Shown: positions 12,010 to 25,650 of the stretch, piece after piece
Position numbering within the stretch: the stretch's first letter is position 1
How the letters are laid out: the number at the start of each line of letters is the position of its first letter
From: Hemiscyllium ocellatum
Lineage: Eukaryota
Reading direction: 5' to 3'
Assembly (NCBI RefSeq): GCF_020745735.1
Contig: NC_083435.1
Coordinates: 33,541,231-33,605,230 of the forward strand
Length of the DNA: 64,000 nucleotides
Position numbers and translations under genes: made by a program
The notes under the pieces: generated by a model
Seen by the model: only the letters and a program-made list of their open reading frames with translations
Told to the model about the DNA's origin: nothing
Database searches by the model: none

Positions 12010-12066
12010 CCAGGGGACGAAACGTTTGCAACTAAAACTCCCAGCTCGGCGAACAGAACCATTACA
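10540..12066 (+). mobile_element. Penelope-like retroelement, 5'-truncated
   Basis: ORF above plus a 3' region with a hammerhead core. Confidence 0.92.
11990..12029 (+). ncRNA. Minimal type I hammerhead ribozyme motif in the Penelope 3' end
   Basis: gca CUGAUGA u gucucc-uagcca-ggggac GAAA C GUU ugc. Stem I gca/ugc, 6-bp stem II, intact core with one extra nt before stem II, palindromic stem III (AACGUU). Predicted cleavage after 12026. Confidence 0.8.
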
Positions 12067-12069
12067 GTA

Positions 12070-15030
12070 GGACCGAATGTTTGGAACAGGTGAGGAATCA
12101 AACTTCGAACACGCTGGACAAACAGAAACAAATGAGAAGCAACGCAGTTAGTAAAGGAATGACGATGTTGTAATGGAAGGCACCCAGTATACAACATACG
12201 GTAAATGACCTTGTGGCATCGATCGAAATTGGCAGGGATGATGCAGTCAGCATCACGGAGATGTGGCAAAAGGGGACCAGGACTGGGTTTTAAATATCCA
12301 AGGAAATACAACCTATCAAAAATTCAGGCAGATGAGCAGAGTTGATGGGGTTGCCTCTCTAGTAAAGATTGAAATTAAAGCAATAGCAACAAATGAAGTA
12401 GGATCAGATGAGGTTGAATCTGTGCAGGTAGAGTTGAGGAAATGCAACGGTAAAACGCAAACATAAATTGGATTCTCTACAGGCCGCCAAATAGGACTGA
12501 GGATTTGTGGACACAAGATACACCAAGAGATAGAAATGGCATGCAAGAAAGTCACGGTTACAACGATTATAAGGGATTTGAAGTCGAAGGTGGACTGGGA
12601 AAAACCAGGTTAGTAGTGAATTTCAAGGAAAGAAAATTGGGGGAACATCTATGCAATGGATTTTTGGAGAAGCTTGTGGTGGAGCCCAAGGGAACTGGCA
12701 AAGCTGGATTGTGTTTTGTGCAGTGTGGCAGACTTGATGAAGGATCTGAAGAAGAAGGAATCCATGTGAGGCAATGATCAAAATATGTTACAATTTACTC
12801 TGCAATTTGAGAAGGAGAAGATAGAATCAGATGTAACTGTTTCGTAGTTGAATAAAGGCAGGTGAAGAGACATGATGGAGGAGTGGATAAGAGTTGTCGG
12901 ATCAGGGGACAAATCGGAAAGATGTTGCACAGCAATAGCAGGAGTTTGTGTGGAGTAGCTCGGAGATAGTGCAAAAATTCATCCTGAGGAAAAAGAAGCA
13001 TATTAAAAGGAGTTTGTGGCAAGCATGGCTGACCAGGCAACCAGGGTCAGCATAAAAGCAAAAGGGAAAGTAAATAATGCAGTGATAGGCAGTGGAAACT
13101 CAGCAGATTGGGATGTCTACAAAGACCAACACAGAAAAATGAATAAAAACGTAAGGAGAGTGAAGATTAAATATGCGAGTAAGCTGGCTGATATTAGGGA
13201 AGATTGCAAGAAATATTTTAGATACATAAAGACAAAAAGAGGCGAAAGTAGACATTTACCGCTGGAAAATTATGCTTGAGAAGTAGAAATGAAGATCAAA
13301 GAAATGGTTAAGAACCTGCATAAGCACCTTTTTCAGTCTTCACAATGGAAGGCATGAGTAAAGCTCCAAACGTTCAAGAGATTTGGGGAAAAAAGATGAC
13401 TGTGGTAGACATCAACAAGGAGGCGGTACTACAAGAACTGAAAGTTTAAAAAGTGGATATATCATCTGGACCAGATGGGCTGCATCCTAGAGTTCTGAGG
13501 GAGATAGCCGAAGGGACAGTGCAGACTTTAACAGCGACCTTTCAGATATCATTGGACTGACGAAGGGTCCCTGAGGATGGAAAATCGAAAACGTAACCCC
13601 AGCATTAAAAAGGGAGTAATACAAAAGACGAGAAATTATAGGCTGATTAGCCGGGCCTCAGTCGTTGCTAAGATTTTGTAGTCCATTGTGAAGGATGAGA
13701 CTTAGGAATACTTGGAAATGCATGATAAAATAGGGCAAAGTCAGCATGGTTTCATCAACGTAATGCCATGCCTGACAAACCTGTTAGAATTCTTTGAGGA
13801 GGTAGCGAGCAGGTTAGAGCAAGGAGGACCAATGCATGTTCTCAATCTGGATTTCCAGAAGGTTGTTAATCAGGTTTTGCACAGCAGGCTGCTTAGTAAG
13901 GTAAAGGAACATGCTGTCAGAAACAAGGTACTTTGATGGCCAGAATATTGGCCGTCTGGCTGAAGGCAGCAATTGCAGTTAAAAGTGTCCTTCTGTTGCA
14001 AACTGGTAACTGCTGGTGTTCCACAAGTCCCAGTGGTAGGACCACAAATCTTCACTTTATGCATAAGTGATCTAGATGAAGTCACTGAGAGCATTGTGGC
14101 GATGTTTGCATGTGATACACAACGACGAGAAGGCGCAGGTAGTATTGAAGAGGACAGGGAGGCTGCATAAAGTTTTAGACAGTGTTTGGATAATGGACAA
14201 AACAGTGGCAGATGAAATACAACGTCATAAATGTGTGAAGTTATGCACGTTGATAGGAACAATAGGCGTGGATTACTTTCTAAAAGTGGGAAATTTTAGA
14301 AACATAATTGAAAAGGGACTTGTGAGTCCTCGTCCAAATTTCCCTGAATATAAACGTGCAGGTTAAGTTATTACTTAGGAAGCCAAATGTACTGATGCCA
14401 TTCATCTCGACAGGAGTAGAATAGAAAAGCACGAATGTCCTTCTGAGGATTAATAAAGCTCTGATCAGACCACATTTAAAGTATAGTAAGGAATTTTGAG
14501 CCCCATACATCAGCAGAGATGCATTGGTCCTGGAGCCCGTTGAGGGGAGGTGAACGAGAATAATCTCAGAAATGAAAGGTTCAACAGATGAGGAATGTTT
14601 GAGGACTCTGGGACTATACACAATGGAGTTTAGAAGGATGAAAAGTGCATATGATTGGAACTTGCAGATTACTGGTCAGCCTGGACAAAGAGGACGTTGG
14701 GAAGATGTTCCCATTGACAGGAGAAAAGATGATCCGAAAACACAGCCTTAGAGTAAAGAAAAGACGCTTTATAACGAAAAAAAGAGGACGAACTTCTTCA
14801 GCCAGAATGTGGTGAATCTATAGAATTCATTGCCACCGAAGGCTGTGAAAGCCAGATCATCGAGTATAATTAATGGAGAGGTAAACAAACTAATATTTGT
14901 CAAGGGGATCCAATAGTACGGTGAGTAAGAGTGAAAATGGGATTGAAAATCCTATCAGCCATGGTTGAGCATACTCGATGCGCCAAATGGCCTAATTTCT
15001 GCTCCTATGTCTTATGGTCTATTCATCAAC
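12070..15030 (+). mobile_element. Degraded CR1 LINE (endonuclease + RT + 3' UTR)
   Basis: GQSQHGFINVMPCLTNLLEFFEEV...LDFQKVVNQVLHSRLLSKVK, GVPQVPVVGPQIF, APE-like 5' part and CR1 tail ending ctatgtcttatggtct. Multiple frameshifts. Confidence 0.9.
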
Positions 15031-15400
15031 AGCCACCTGCGCCACCATCAATATTCATGAGCAGAAAATATGGACCATCTATAAAATGCACTGCAAAATT
15101 TCATGGAAGATCGTTCAACCATTCCTTCCAAACACACAAACATTTCCATGTGCAAGGTTAAGGGCAGCAGATTCACGTAAACACCACCAACTGCACATTC
15201 CTCTCCTTCTGGACGTGAAATATATTACCATTCTTTCACCGTCACTAACTTTAAATTTTGGAATTCCCTCACGAACAGCATTGTGGGTCCATTCAACGCA
15301 GACGGACTGCAGTGGTTCAACAAGTCTGCCCGTTATCGGCTTCGAAAGAAAACCTACGGGCAGGCAATAAATGCTGGTCCAGCGAGCAATACCCATATCT
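15030..15400 (+). mobile_element. 3' end of an L2/CR1-clade LINE
   Basis: Similar to 59630-59960 (agggcagcag...aacaccacc, gactgcag...gttcaa, ggcaataaatgctgg). Confidence 0.65.
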
Positions 15401-15429
15401 TACAAAAGGAATAAAGGGAAAAAATGTAG

Positions 15430-16502
15430 TTTTCATGCATATTAGAGAAATGAATTAATCAGAAGTGGAGCAGACGATGGATTCACAGACAGAATTGAGG
15501 ACTTTTCTTTCCGAGTAATATATACTTCGACCATTAAATGAAGCGACCTATTTTTGGAATTGGCAACGAATAATGCGACAGGATGATCTCATGGTAAATG
15601 GTGTTCTCGTAAATTGTGATTGAGACACGATTGCATTATTTTCAGCTTGAAGGTGAGGATAGTAATTTTGGAAATTGCATATTAAATTGAAGAAAGGAGC
15701 ATCGCGTGATGCAAGTGATCATTCAGGTTTCGGGTCTTACAATCAAGAAGCACTGGCGTGCATTTAATGAAAAATTCCTAATTCTGCAATAAACGTAATA
15801 ATTTCAAACGATCTGTGAACGATGCATTGTCTGTGATGAACTAAAGTGTCAAGTTGAAAGGAAACAATCTTGTGAAATTTAGCGCCGTAGTCCTGCTTTC
15901 GCAGCATAAGACATGATAATGATCCCAAAATTAATGGACAATCAAAAGTCAAAAGGAATGGCATAAAGTAAACCAGTGATATTTTCTCGAGATGTAAACT
16001 AATGAGGTAAAATACTGACACGTTGACATAAACTGATGTGATGCATCTCAGTTTATCAGCTATGTACCTACAAAGGTGGTGGACGCTTGAACTGTAATTT
16101 GCAAAAATTTCCCATTTTCTGGAACAGTCCTGGATGGTTGGAAGTCTGTGATTTTTTTTACCAGTAATCAAGAAATTAAGGATATTGTAAGGATATTATA
16201 GACCAAATCAAGCCCGATTAAAACATATCTAGGAAGCAAACTAGACATTACCGTTTTATCTTTTAAAGGTAAGCGTAATGCGTTTATTTTTACACGACAG
16301 TTAAAATGCACACAAATACAAATAAAAGAAAATAATTCGCTTAACTGTTACTCTATTAAATGCTGAACAGTATAATGTATCTGCTAACTACTACCAATTA
16401 ACTGCTCGAATATACTAATATACCACAAAGACAAAGGCAAATTGAGTGAAAGAGATTCTCTCAATGCAATTCTAGCAGCAGGAAGACGAACCTAGATTTT
16501 AG
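15430..16502 (-). pseudogene. GPR139-like pseudogene copy D, decayed exon 2
   Basis: Acceptor ttgttacag|CT at 16504-16503. TIQDCSRKW (cf. ARDCSVW), YIADK (cf. YCTEK), LEKISLVYFM (cf. LKNIPWYF), DPKPE. Minus-strand caatttacgagaacaccatttacca (~15595-15618) matches copy A caatttacggagaatcagttttagca and copy B caatttacagagaaaccgttttacca. A possible exon 1 remnant ends at 17758 (HFP*VVITGEPQ|gtatga). Confidence 0.65.
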
Positions 16503-17984
16503 CTGTAACAAAGAGAGACAAATGTAGCAGCTTTCCCAACTGCAATAACTACTGCTCAAAGTTAAATTAAAAATTCTGGTTCTCTGGGAGCTTGACCCGA
16601 CACATTAGGTTGCTTCTGTTGTTCAAACGTGAAAAACAACCTAAGGTTTCTCAAGCTGTTTACTCTAATAGTTTTGAGCAGATCCCTCGATATGTCGGCT
16701 TCAAGGTTTCTTCAGGAAATAAAAGGACAGCATACAACTCTTCAAGTCATAGTATTGTCACAATTAGAAGTACTGAAGACGTATTTCCATTGTAGTGCTT
16801 ACTGCATTGCAGCTCATTGCATTCCAAGTCAGTTATCAGTAACAGTGTTTACTTCAGAAAACATTGCATCAGGATTGATTTTAAATTCTCAAAGTATTAA
16901 TTAATCAAATTATTATTAAACCAGGCACCAAGCGTGTGCATGAATTGCTTGGCTTCAGATTTAAACAAAAACTGATGAAATAATAAAGAAAGTTAATATC
17001 TTCGTCACAATTATTTGCAATTCGTATAAATTCAAGAAGACAATGCATTTGTTTTAGTGATAATTCAGACCAAACTTTTGAAGGACAGTCAAAAGTGTCT
17101 ATAGATGGAGAAAAAATAGAAATTGCTGGAGAAACTCAGCATGTCTCAGAACATCCCTGCATAGAACGCAATGTTAACATTTCTAATTCAGTTCCCATTC
17201 TTAAGAAATCTCTGTAATTGAAAGTCAAAATCTGTATTCTCTCCTTAGATGAAGCCAGACTTGTGAGTTTGTCCAGCAGGTCGATTTTCTTTGGTTTAGA
17301 ATTTTAGCTTGCACTGTTCTTTGTTTTAGTTTAGTATCTATGAACTACTATTGATGCTGGCAATGAATGGATAAATTGATACGTATCGATTGCAGCACGT
17401 TATTGATTTCGGGAGTTCACGATGACAGTTTCCTAGTACAGGCAGTCTGCAATTTGTAACAATGTTCTGATTACCCATTGAGCCTGCTACCAAGCAGCAG
17501 TTTAATTGTTATGCATCAGTTAATTAGATAATAAAACAACATGACCGTGACAACTAAGAATGGTTCAGTGATGTCAAAGACAAACTGGGAAAGATTTTTT
17601 TTGTTTGGCTCATCACAATCAAAAAAGGCAATATCCTCCAGTTAACGATGTTTCCATTCTCTTCTTCTGGTCTCTCTTTTGCATGGTGAATGCACCTCTC
17701 TGAGGATTCCTTAACAAAGCCCATCTCATGCATGGTCTATCGATTAAGAAGTCATACCTGTGGTTCTCCTGTGATAACTACCTATGGGAAATGCCTGGGC
17801 TTACGCATCTTCTGCCTCTGGCTGGTATTGCCCTAGCATATCTTGAGGGCAAGTAACCAACCAATTGTCGAATCATTTGGCCAACAATCCTGGAGAAGCT
17901 ATGCTTAAGGTTGGAAACCTTTGTCCTCTTACTCGGCTTCAGCTGAGGGATATTTCCCGTTATTCCTCAGAAGAAATACCTTTA

Positions 17985-18290
17985 TAGAGTCTTAGGTATG
18001 TACAGCGTGGAAACAGACCATTCAGTCCAACTCGTCCATGCCGACCAGATATCCCATCCCAATCTAGTCCCACCTGCCAGCACCTGGCCCAAACCCCACC
18101 ACACCCTTCCTATTCATATACCCATCCAGATACCTTTTAAATGTTGCAATTGTACCAGCCTCTCCACCCCTACTTCTGGCAGCTCATTACATACACGTAC
18201 CATGCTCTAAGTGAAAAAGTTTATGTGTCTTTTATATCTTTCTCCTCTCACCCTCAACCTATGCCCTCTCGTTCTGGACTCCACCACAGC
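17985..18290 (-). mobile_element. CR1 LINE 3' end fragment
   Basis: Same tail as 7051-7495 (tacagcgtggaaacagacc, aaatgttgcaattgtaccagcctcc). Confidence 0.85.
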
Positions 18291-18849
18291 AAGGAAATAA
18301 ACAAGTAAAAAGTAATATAATACAATTGGCATAAAATAATATTCGCCACAAATTCAATATATATCATGGCCTCAGCGTTGTCCACATTTATGCCTTATAT
18401 TTTCCTATGTAATAATTTTAGAAACTTAGTTGCTGGCCTCATAGCCATTCAGTGAAATTGTATGCAGAATTGTTTACAACAATACGAAACTTTTAAGTTC
18501 TGATCACTGAGAGGGAGACTGAAAAGCAGAATAATATTTAAATGGACAAATAGTTCAGAAAATTGAAATGTGTGCTAATCTAGCTGCTTTTCATATCAAT
18601 CAGAAAAAATATATATATTCCCCTGCAGAATTTTCTTGTAGTTACATAAGAATGCCATGAATCATTGCGTATTTGCTCCACAGTGATCTTTGAATATCAA
18701 GCTTTTGAATATTGCAAGAGATAAGTTGAGCAATGTTTAATCGACGGGGTATCTAGAGTTATGGACGGTCGTCAAGAAAATAGATCTAATGCCATGGCCA
18801 AATTCATAATCCATAATCAAATTGAACTGTGGGCTTAGTCATTTGGCCA

Positions 18850-19767
18850 AATGTTACTCCAATTTAATGTTACTTTGGATCTTATGAGTCGAACTGCACT
18901 TAATCATCAGATCATTGTTAACGGAGTATGTACAATCTACAAGCAATGGAAAAACTTAACAAAAGAAAAACACACAGGTTAGAAACAAATGCAGTCTCCA
19001 AGCCGATCTAGGTATCAACGTCATTCAACCTGTTAATTTTAGTTCACATACACTTCGTAACTAGACATGTAACAACGTCATGAATTCCCTATGGATAATT
19101 AGTGCAACTTCAACATTACCAGAGAATTCACAACAAACATGGTGATGTCATTTGACAACAATGAGGGAGTGTCAAGCTTTACAGTTTTATTCCAATTAGT
19201 CAAATCTCAGGAACTAGTCAGAGGAGTTTTTCTTCTTGCCCTTCAGTTTTTCATGCCATGATGTTCATCATTCATTGAAAGCCATGGCACTGATAAAAAA
19301 AAAGCTTAATTACATTCAATGTACTCTTACGGTGCCCCCATTTCCATCTAATTGAATCTATGATCATTCATTAAATTCATTTGGTGTTAATCCAAACATC
19401 ACGCTTTTAAGCGTTACTTATACTGTACAGATTGACCAGGTAATGTTGATTCAAAAATGTGTGCTGTTTTAAGCAGCTTTGTTTTCAATGTACTGTGCTA
19501 ATTATGCTGGGCTTTCACAATTAAGTATCATAGATATGAGGAAGGACAGCTCCCTGTTGTAGTGAGCTGTCTGGATGCAAAAATAAAAGAAAAATCCCAC
19601 ATCTCCAAATCCATTTTTTTTTGTTTTTGAAATCTCCAACTAAAGTAGGAAATGGTATCAATAATCGTACTAGGCAGCAGCATTAAACAAGCATTTGGCC
19701 ATCTCCAGTTAGTTGCATAATTTGCACAATTTTCTCTTTCAACGAAAACAATGGGATAGTATCTCAC
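18850..19767 (-). pseudogene. Possible GPR139-like pseudogene copy E, very decayed exon 2
   Basis: Acceptor ttttatttcag| at 19769-19768. IVFVERENC (cf. IVILSRGNC), FIFASRQ (cf. LIYATRD), QYIENKAA (cf. KYCTEKTAA), FSGN (cf. ISGS), tacatactc...gcagttcgactca (cf. YML...AVTQ). Order and ~900-nt span fit, but similarity is weak. Confidence 0.4.
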
Positions 19768-20204
19768 CTGAAATAAAACTGCATGTGTGATTTGATTGTT
19801 GTCGCGTGTTCAATCATAATACGTTGGAAATCAATAGCAGATGGAACGGGAACTTTGTAAGTTGAGCAGGTTGGCCATGCCAAAGGATCTCTTACATTGA
19901 TCGTCATGTTTAGACATATTACGGAGCACTTTCATGCCAGATGGCAACTTCAGCCTGGATTGTCAGTTTCAGATGTATAAAAATTAAATTGTACCAGAAT
20001 TAAATGTTACCTGTTATCACTTAAATTCCAAAGTCACCGCAATCAGAGCAAGGTCAAGACTGGCATAGTGCTGGAAAAGTACAGCAGGTCGGGCAGTATC
20101 CGAAGACCAGGAAAAGCAACATGTTGGGCAAAAGCCCATCATCAGAAACAAGTATTCGCCTTTAAAATAAAAGGCAATTATCCTTGGACGAATGGGCATA
20201 CTTT

Positions 20205-20525
20205 AGAATTAGAATCCCTATGAATATGGAAACAGAGCCTTTCGTCCATTAATCCACACTAACCCTCTGCACAGAATCTCACCCAGACGCATTCCTCATT
20301 ATTCTAGATATACCACTTATTAATGCACCTACCCTACACATCCCTGAACATGATGGCCAATTTATCATGACCAATTCGCCTGACCTGCCCATCTTTGGAT
20401 TGTGGGAGGAAACCAGAGCACCCAGAGGAAACCCATGCAGATACGGGGACAATGTGCAATCTCTACACAGACAATTGCTCCAGGCTGGAATCGAACCTGG
20501 CTCCCTGGCAGGTTTGTAAGGCAAC
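20205..20525 (-). mobile_element. HE1-type SINE
   Basis: Reverse complement of the 6485 SINE core (ggattgtgggaggaaaccagagcacccagaggaaacccatgcaga). Confidence 0.85.
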
Positions 20526-21004
20526 AGTGTTCAGGAAATATTGCCGATTGTCACTTGTAAGCTTTATGCATGAAGGATAAATAAATTGTATCAATGGTAA
20601 ATTCTACTTGACAATATTATTTCAAACACTCGAACCTCTGAGTAGAAACAAGTTCACTCCTTTATAATTATCAGAGTAAGGGCAGCCACGATTTGTGACT
20701 GCTAAATCCGCATGTCCTGATGTCCTGCTGACCAGGGCACCGGCTGATGTATTCCGAAATAAACCACCAGATGTAAGGGAACAAGAAGGAACTGTTCATG
20801 TAAAGTCAATGTTGAATGTCACGACTGCTGCCTGAAATGTTGGATAGATCAGTTACTTGGAGGATCCTGAACACCCAATTATCCCTGCAAATTTCTCACA
20901 ATCATTTTCAAAACATTGGCGGGTGTCCAGGAGGAGAAATTCATTCAAATAATTGTCAGTATAAAAGGACAAAATCTCCCATGAGTGCAGACGTATGTTT
21001 CACA

Positions 21005-21345
21005 TCATAGAATCTCTACAGTGTGGAAACAAGACATTCAGCAATTCAAGTCGACACCAACCTACTTTAGAGCATCCTACCCAAATCCCCTATGCACTCT
21101 CTGTAACCCTGCCTTTTCACATGGCGAATGCACTTAACTTATACGTATCTGAACGTTATGAGTAATTTAGCATGAGCAATCCACTTAACTTGCACATGTT
21201 TGGACTTTGGGAGGAAAATGGAGCAGCCAATGGAAACCCACTTCGACCAAGAGAGAACGTGCAAACTCCACACAGACAGTCGCACAAGGATGGACGTGAA
21301 CGCAGATCCCACGAGGCAGCAGTGATAACCACTGAGCCATTGTGA
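21005..21345 (-). mobile_element. HE1-type SINE
   Basis: gagaacgtgcaaactccacacagacagtc...gaggcagcagtgataaccactgagcc. Confidence 0.85.
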
Positions 21346-22474
21346 TAAGGATATTTTAAGGACGCTTATGCATTTCCAGTGCCCTGCGAGCTTCGTGCTG
21401 GCATCGATTTCCAATTGGTTAGTTCTTCCTGGAGTCTAGTGTCACATATGACATGCCCCTCCAAGGGGCTTGGTTTTAAGTGTTTACAACGTTAATGTTA
21501 TATAAACTAGCTTGGAAACAGAAAGTTGCTGTTAAGTTGCATCCCAAGCCACTTGATTTTGGGAGATAATGTAAATGTACATTTTATGTTACTTCTCTAG
21601 CCTTTGGTACTTTTAAAAAAATTCTGCAGCATGTAGACAACAGAGACTGCTGTTGTCCAATCAAGCCAGATCTTCAAGATAATTCTCTTCAAATACTCTT
21701 TCCAAAGTCAAGCTTAGATTCCATGAGCAAATTGGAGTCAAATATGAATTGTTTAGTATATACTGATGACCTCACTGAGGGCCTCAGTCTCAGATTCCAA
21801 GTTTTCTGATGATGCTATGTGTAGTGACAGGCTGAAATGCCTTAACTGGTCTTTCAGATATTATCAAAATTAATGCAAGAAAACACGTAAGTTCTGATGT
21901 AATATAAATTTCTTTCTTTAGGCTATGTGACACATACTTAAAAATATTAGGTTTCATGACGCTATATATATTTCAATAATGTTGTTAGCCTAATGTACAG
22001 AGATATATTCAAAACTGAGTCTCACATCCTTTCAACAATCAGGACTCCTGAGCAATGGCTAGCATTTGGAGGTCAGCCTCAATTCCACAGCATCAATCGT
22101 GAACCCAAATCAGATGATCCAACGAACTGTGAAAATCCCGACATTAATATCATGATGTAATTGATGTCCCTTGCTGATTCGCGTCCTCTGAGTACTTTTC
22201 ACAAGAATTCCTCAGTGTTTGGCGGTCAACCAAAAGTACATGGATCACTGCAATACAGCCTGTTCTTAAAGGAAGTCGTTTTTTTTGCAAAATGCCTATT
22301 CTCACATATTTTTCCCTTCTTCTCCAATTGCTTATTATTATGCCCAAAAAAACTCTTAATGGTATGGCTTGGAGATGTCATTTTTCCACGTACACACTTC
22401 ACGAGATGTGGTGGGGAAATAATTCAGCATGAGGACACAAATAATCTTATCAGTTTTAGATAGGTTGCATAAAA

Positions 22475-22625
22475 TTAGATTAGATTACTTACAGTGTGGA
22501 CACAGGCCCTACAGCCCAACAAGTCCACACCGACCAGCCAAAGCTCAACCCACCCAGACCCATTCCCCTACATTTACCACTTCGTCTCACACTACGTGCA
22601 ATTCAGCATGGCCAATTCACCTAAC
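22475..22625 (-). mobile_element. HE1-type SINE, 3' part only
   Basis: ttagattagattacttacagtgtgga...aacaagtccacaccgacc...gccaattcacctaac is the reverse complement of ~6655-6800. Confidence 0.85.
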
Positions 22626-22764
22626 TAAGCAAAAAAAATGAGAACTAGACTATGGTTGGTGATGGTATCCAGAGAACCATAAAAATTAACGGGCAACTAG
22701 AATTTTGTGGAATATTTGGCATCTGGGAACGATTTGGAGATTCATGGGGCTTTGTGAATAAAAC

Positions 22765-22985
22765 AGAATCTGGATTAGAGGTGCTGGAAAAGCACAACAA
22801 TTCAGGCAGCACCCGAGATGCAGTAAAATCGATGTTTCGGGCACAAGCCCTTCCTCAGGAATCCTGTATTCCTGATGAAGGGCTTTGGCCCAAAAAGTCG
22901 ATTTTACTGCTTCTCGGATGCTGCCTGAACTGCTGTGCTTTTCCAGCACCTCTAATCCAGATTCTGGCTTCCAGCATCAGCAGTC
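22765..22985. mobile_element. Palindromic Penelope-derived element with degenerate hammerhead cores on both strands
   Basis: Inverted arms around caggaatcctgtattcctg. Plus arm CTGATGA A GGGC ttgg-type stem followed by CCC AAAAAGTC (GAAA lost). Confidence 0.75.
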
Positions 22986-23383
22986 ATTTTTTTTTTACCA
23001 CCCTGAATAAAATACAATGTTAATGTAAAACTAGAACCAGCACATAGGATATCAAAGAGCATTTTAACATATGTTGCAACCTGGAATTGTTTAGTAAAAG
23101 GATTTTGTAGGAATTAGAGAAACGTTGATGAGGCCGTTGCCTAGAATTGTGAGCAGATTTCGTCTCTCTGCGTAAAAAGAGTAAAAGTATATTCCCCAAG
23201 GAAGAATACAGCAAAGGGTTAGAGTTTAATATCTGGCAATGGGATGGCGGAGTTGGAATGTGAGAAAAGAATGCAAGCTTGCACAGAATAAAGAATTAGA
23301 ATAAGACATTCAGACTCTGCGCTGTCAATTGAAAAATAATCTAATTAATGCGATTTAACCACACGTACTTTTCTGAAGATCCC

Positions 23384-23410
<27 letters not shown>
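23384..23410. repeat. (AT)n microsatellite
   Basis: Uninterrupted atatat run. Confidence 0.95.
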
Positions 23411-23414
<4 letters not shown>

Positions 23415-25301
23415 CCCTTATCCAACAAGAACATATCAAACGCAGCCTTAAGAAACATAGATGGGTCCTGTTTCAAGCACCTTTACAGAAGCAGATTTAC
23501 AAAAATTAAAATATTTAAAAGCAAGAATATCATCTTATCGCAGTTTTAAGTAGGTGATACTTGATTTTTGTATCCCCCGAATTCTATATGTTGCCATAAG
23601 AGAAAAGGCACTTCCGGTTCTTGCGTGTTTCAACCAATAGGCAAATTAATAATTTGAACTACAGAGATTACAAGCCAACCTTGTCTCATTTTCACCGAAA
23701 AGCCAATAATCCCATTGCAACAAAATGCGTCCAGCACATTTTCATCTTTTCTGAAATAAGATTAATTGTATTGTATACACTACACAAGATGTCCTCACAT
23801 CCTGCTTAAATGAAGCAGAGCCTACATTGTGTTCCTTTCGATTTTGGTTGTAGTAACGATTAGCATGGCTTTCGATATCCTAAATATCCTCTGCACTAAA
23901 TGCTCTATATTTTTTGAAAACACACATTTGGGATGTGGGCGTCGCTGGTTGGATCAGCAGTTATTGTACGTTTTTTGTTGCCATTGAGAGGGTCTGGTGT
24001 TCTGCATTCTTGAACTGCTGTGGTCAAAATGTTGTAGGTTGTCACACAATACCGTTGCTGAGCGAAATCCATGAATTTTCCCCAAGGACACTGAAGGAAT
24101 GACTGTGAATTTCCCACTCAGACAATACGTGATATTAGGAAGAATTCTGGAGGTGCTGCTTTCCCTAGGTATATGCTGCACTTGACCTGTTAGAGACCTG
24201 TGGAACGAGCTTTGAAATGTTCATGCATCCGGTCATGTGGATCCCTGCGGATCTCAGATGTCTGCAAGTCTTCTCATTTATTGAACATGTTACACACGAA
24301 ATTGTCCATTTATTGAATGACGAATGATCATTAATTCCAAATGTTTCTTTCTTTCGTTGAAGGAGAATTTAATCAGCAGGGATCTGTAAAAGCAAAAGAA
24401 ATCAACAATACACAAAAATCAACTAAGCTGATATTCGGCATTTATTGTAAATGCGGCAGCAGTTTGGCTGAGACTTAGAAAGAGATCCAGGTCATTCCCT
24501 GTTTCCCTTCCAAGTTTCGCTCATTTACAAAAGAAAAATAACACATTACCTACTTTCAAATATGCTAAGCAATTACAGATTATCTGAATTGAACTTTAGT
24601 ATAAAAAAATAATTTGCATAATTGCATAACTCTGTTTCTATTATATGGATCTTTTGTTTCGGCTAAGATCTGCATTTTGAAACATACAAGGAGCCGTTCA
24701 AGGTTAAGAACTCAGCCAATGACATGTTCATTGCATCAGATTTTTTTACACCTTTTTAAATTACTAAATTATAACACGAGAATTCACCATTTTTTCCATC
24801 ATGCAATATTCAATGTTGCCTACGATGCGACATTTTCATTCTTCCTGCCCAAAGTGACAAATTCACACATTCCTATTCAACATCCATTCATTGCTCTCAC
24901 ACTTCCAATTTACTTAAGAACGCTCTCTGTATTAAAAGCCTACAAGGACGATATTGGTCAGCAAGGGCAGCAATTATTTGATAAAATTTCAAGCAAATGT
25001 TGTTATTACTTTGCATTGTCATCACGGCTACTTCGTAACAGATTCACCAAAATCAAAATACCGCGGATGCTTGAAATCTGAAATAGAAGCAAGTTAAAAA
25101 GGAAGAAAATTTATAACTCTTAGCACACCAGGAAGCATCAGGAAAGAAAAACAACGCTCACCTTTCAGGTAAAGGATTTTCCTTTCGATATACTCAGATT
25201 AAAGATTGTATGATGAGAACATTATCTCTGTTATCATTCACAAATACTGAGTACCTAGCTCGTCTTTTGCTGGAAGGTGAACCTGCAGGAAGCGGCAATT
25301 A

Positions 25302-25650
25302 TTATTTCGAGATCTTCCAATAATTTTGAAAATCAACCATTTTCTTTCTCACACTTCGGAAATTAGCTTGTGTCATTGCATAAAGGACCACGGTGGTGCA
25401 GGATCTCAAATATGTTGAAGCATGTCTCTAGTGTGGTCCATAATTATGAAAGGATTAATATAATCAATTTGGTAAAACGGTTTCTCTGTAAATTGTACAG
25501 ATATATGACAGAAAGAAATTAACATTCATAGCAAGAAATGGCAAGCGGTAACATGATGTATTTTCTACGATTGCCCGCCTTTGAGTCTTTGATATTTCTC
25601 TTAAAGCATCTCCTTACTTGACTGTCGAATGTAAAACTTTGGACATATCT
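25302..25650 (-). pseudogene. GPR139-like pseudogene copy B, 3' part of exon 2 only
   Basis: SQVRRCFKRNIKDSKAGNRRK..LAIS..LISFCHISVQFTEKPFYQIDY...DMLQH..RSCT...YAMTQANFR. Joined directly to intron sequence (25700-25850, homologous to ~3990-4170), so TM1-TM5 are deleted. Confidence 0.85.

Noticed and set aside
16629-16904. Plus-strand ORF with TLIVLSRS resembling the GPCR ILSRGK motif
   Set aside because: Wrong strand for the array, no acceptor, and no further motifs.
22100-22460. Possible sixth GPCR remnant
   Set aside because: Only short nucleotide similarities to copy C; no ordered protein motifs.
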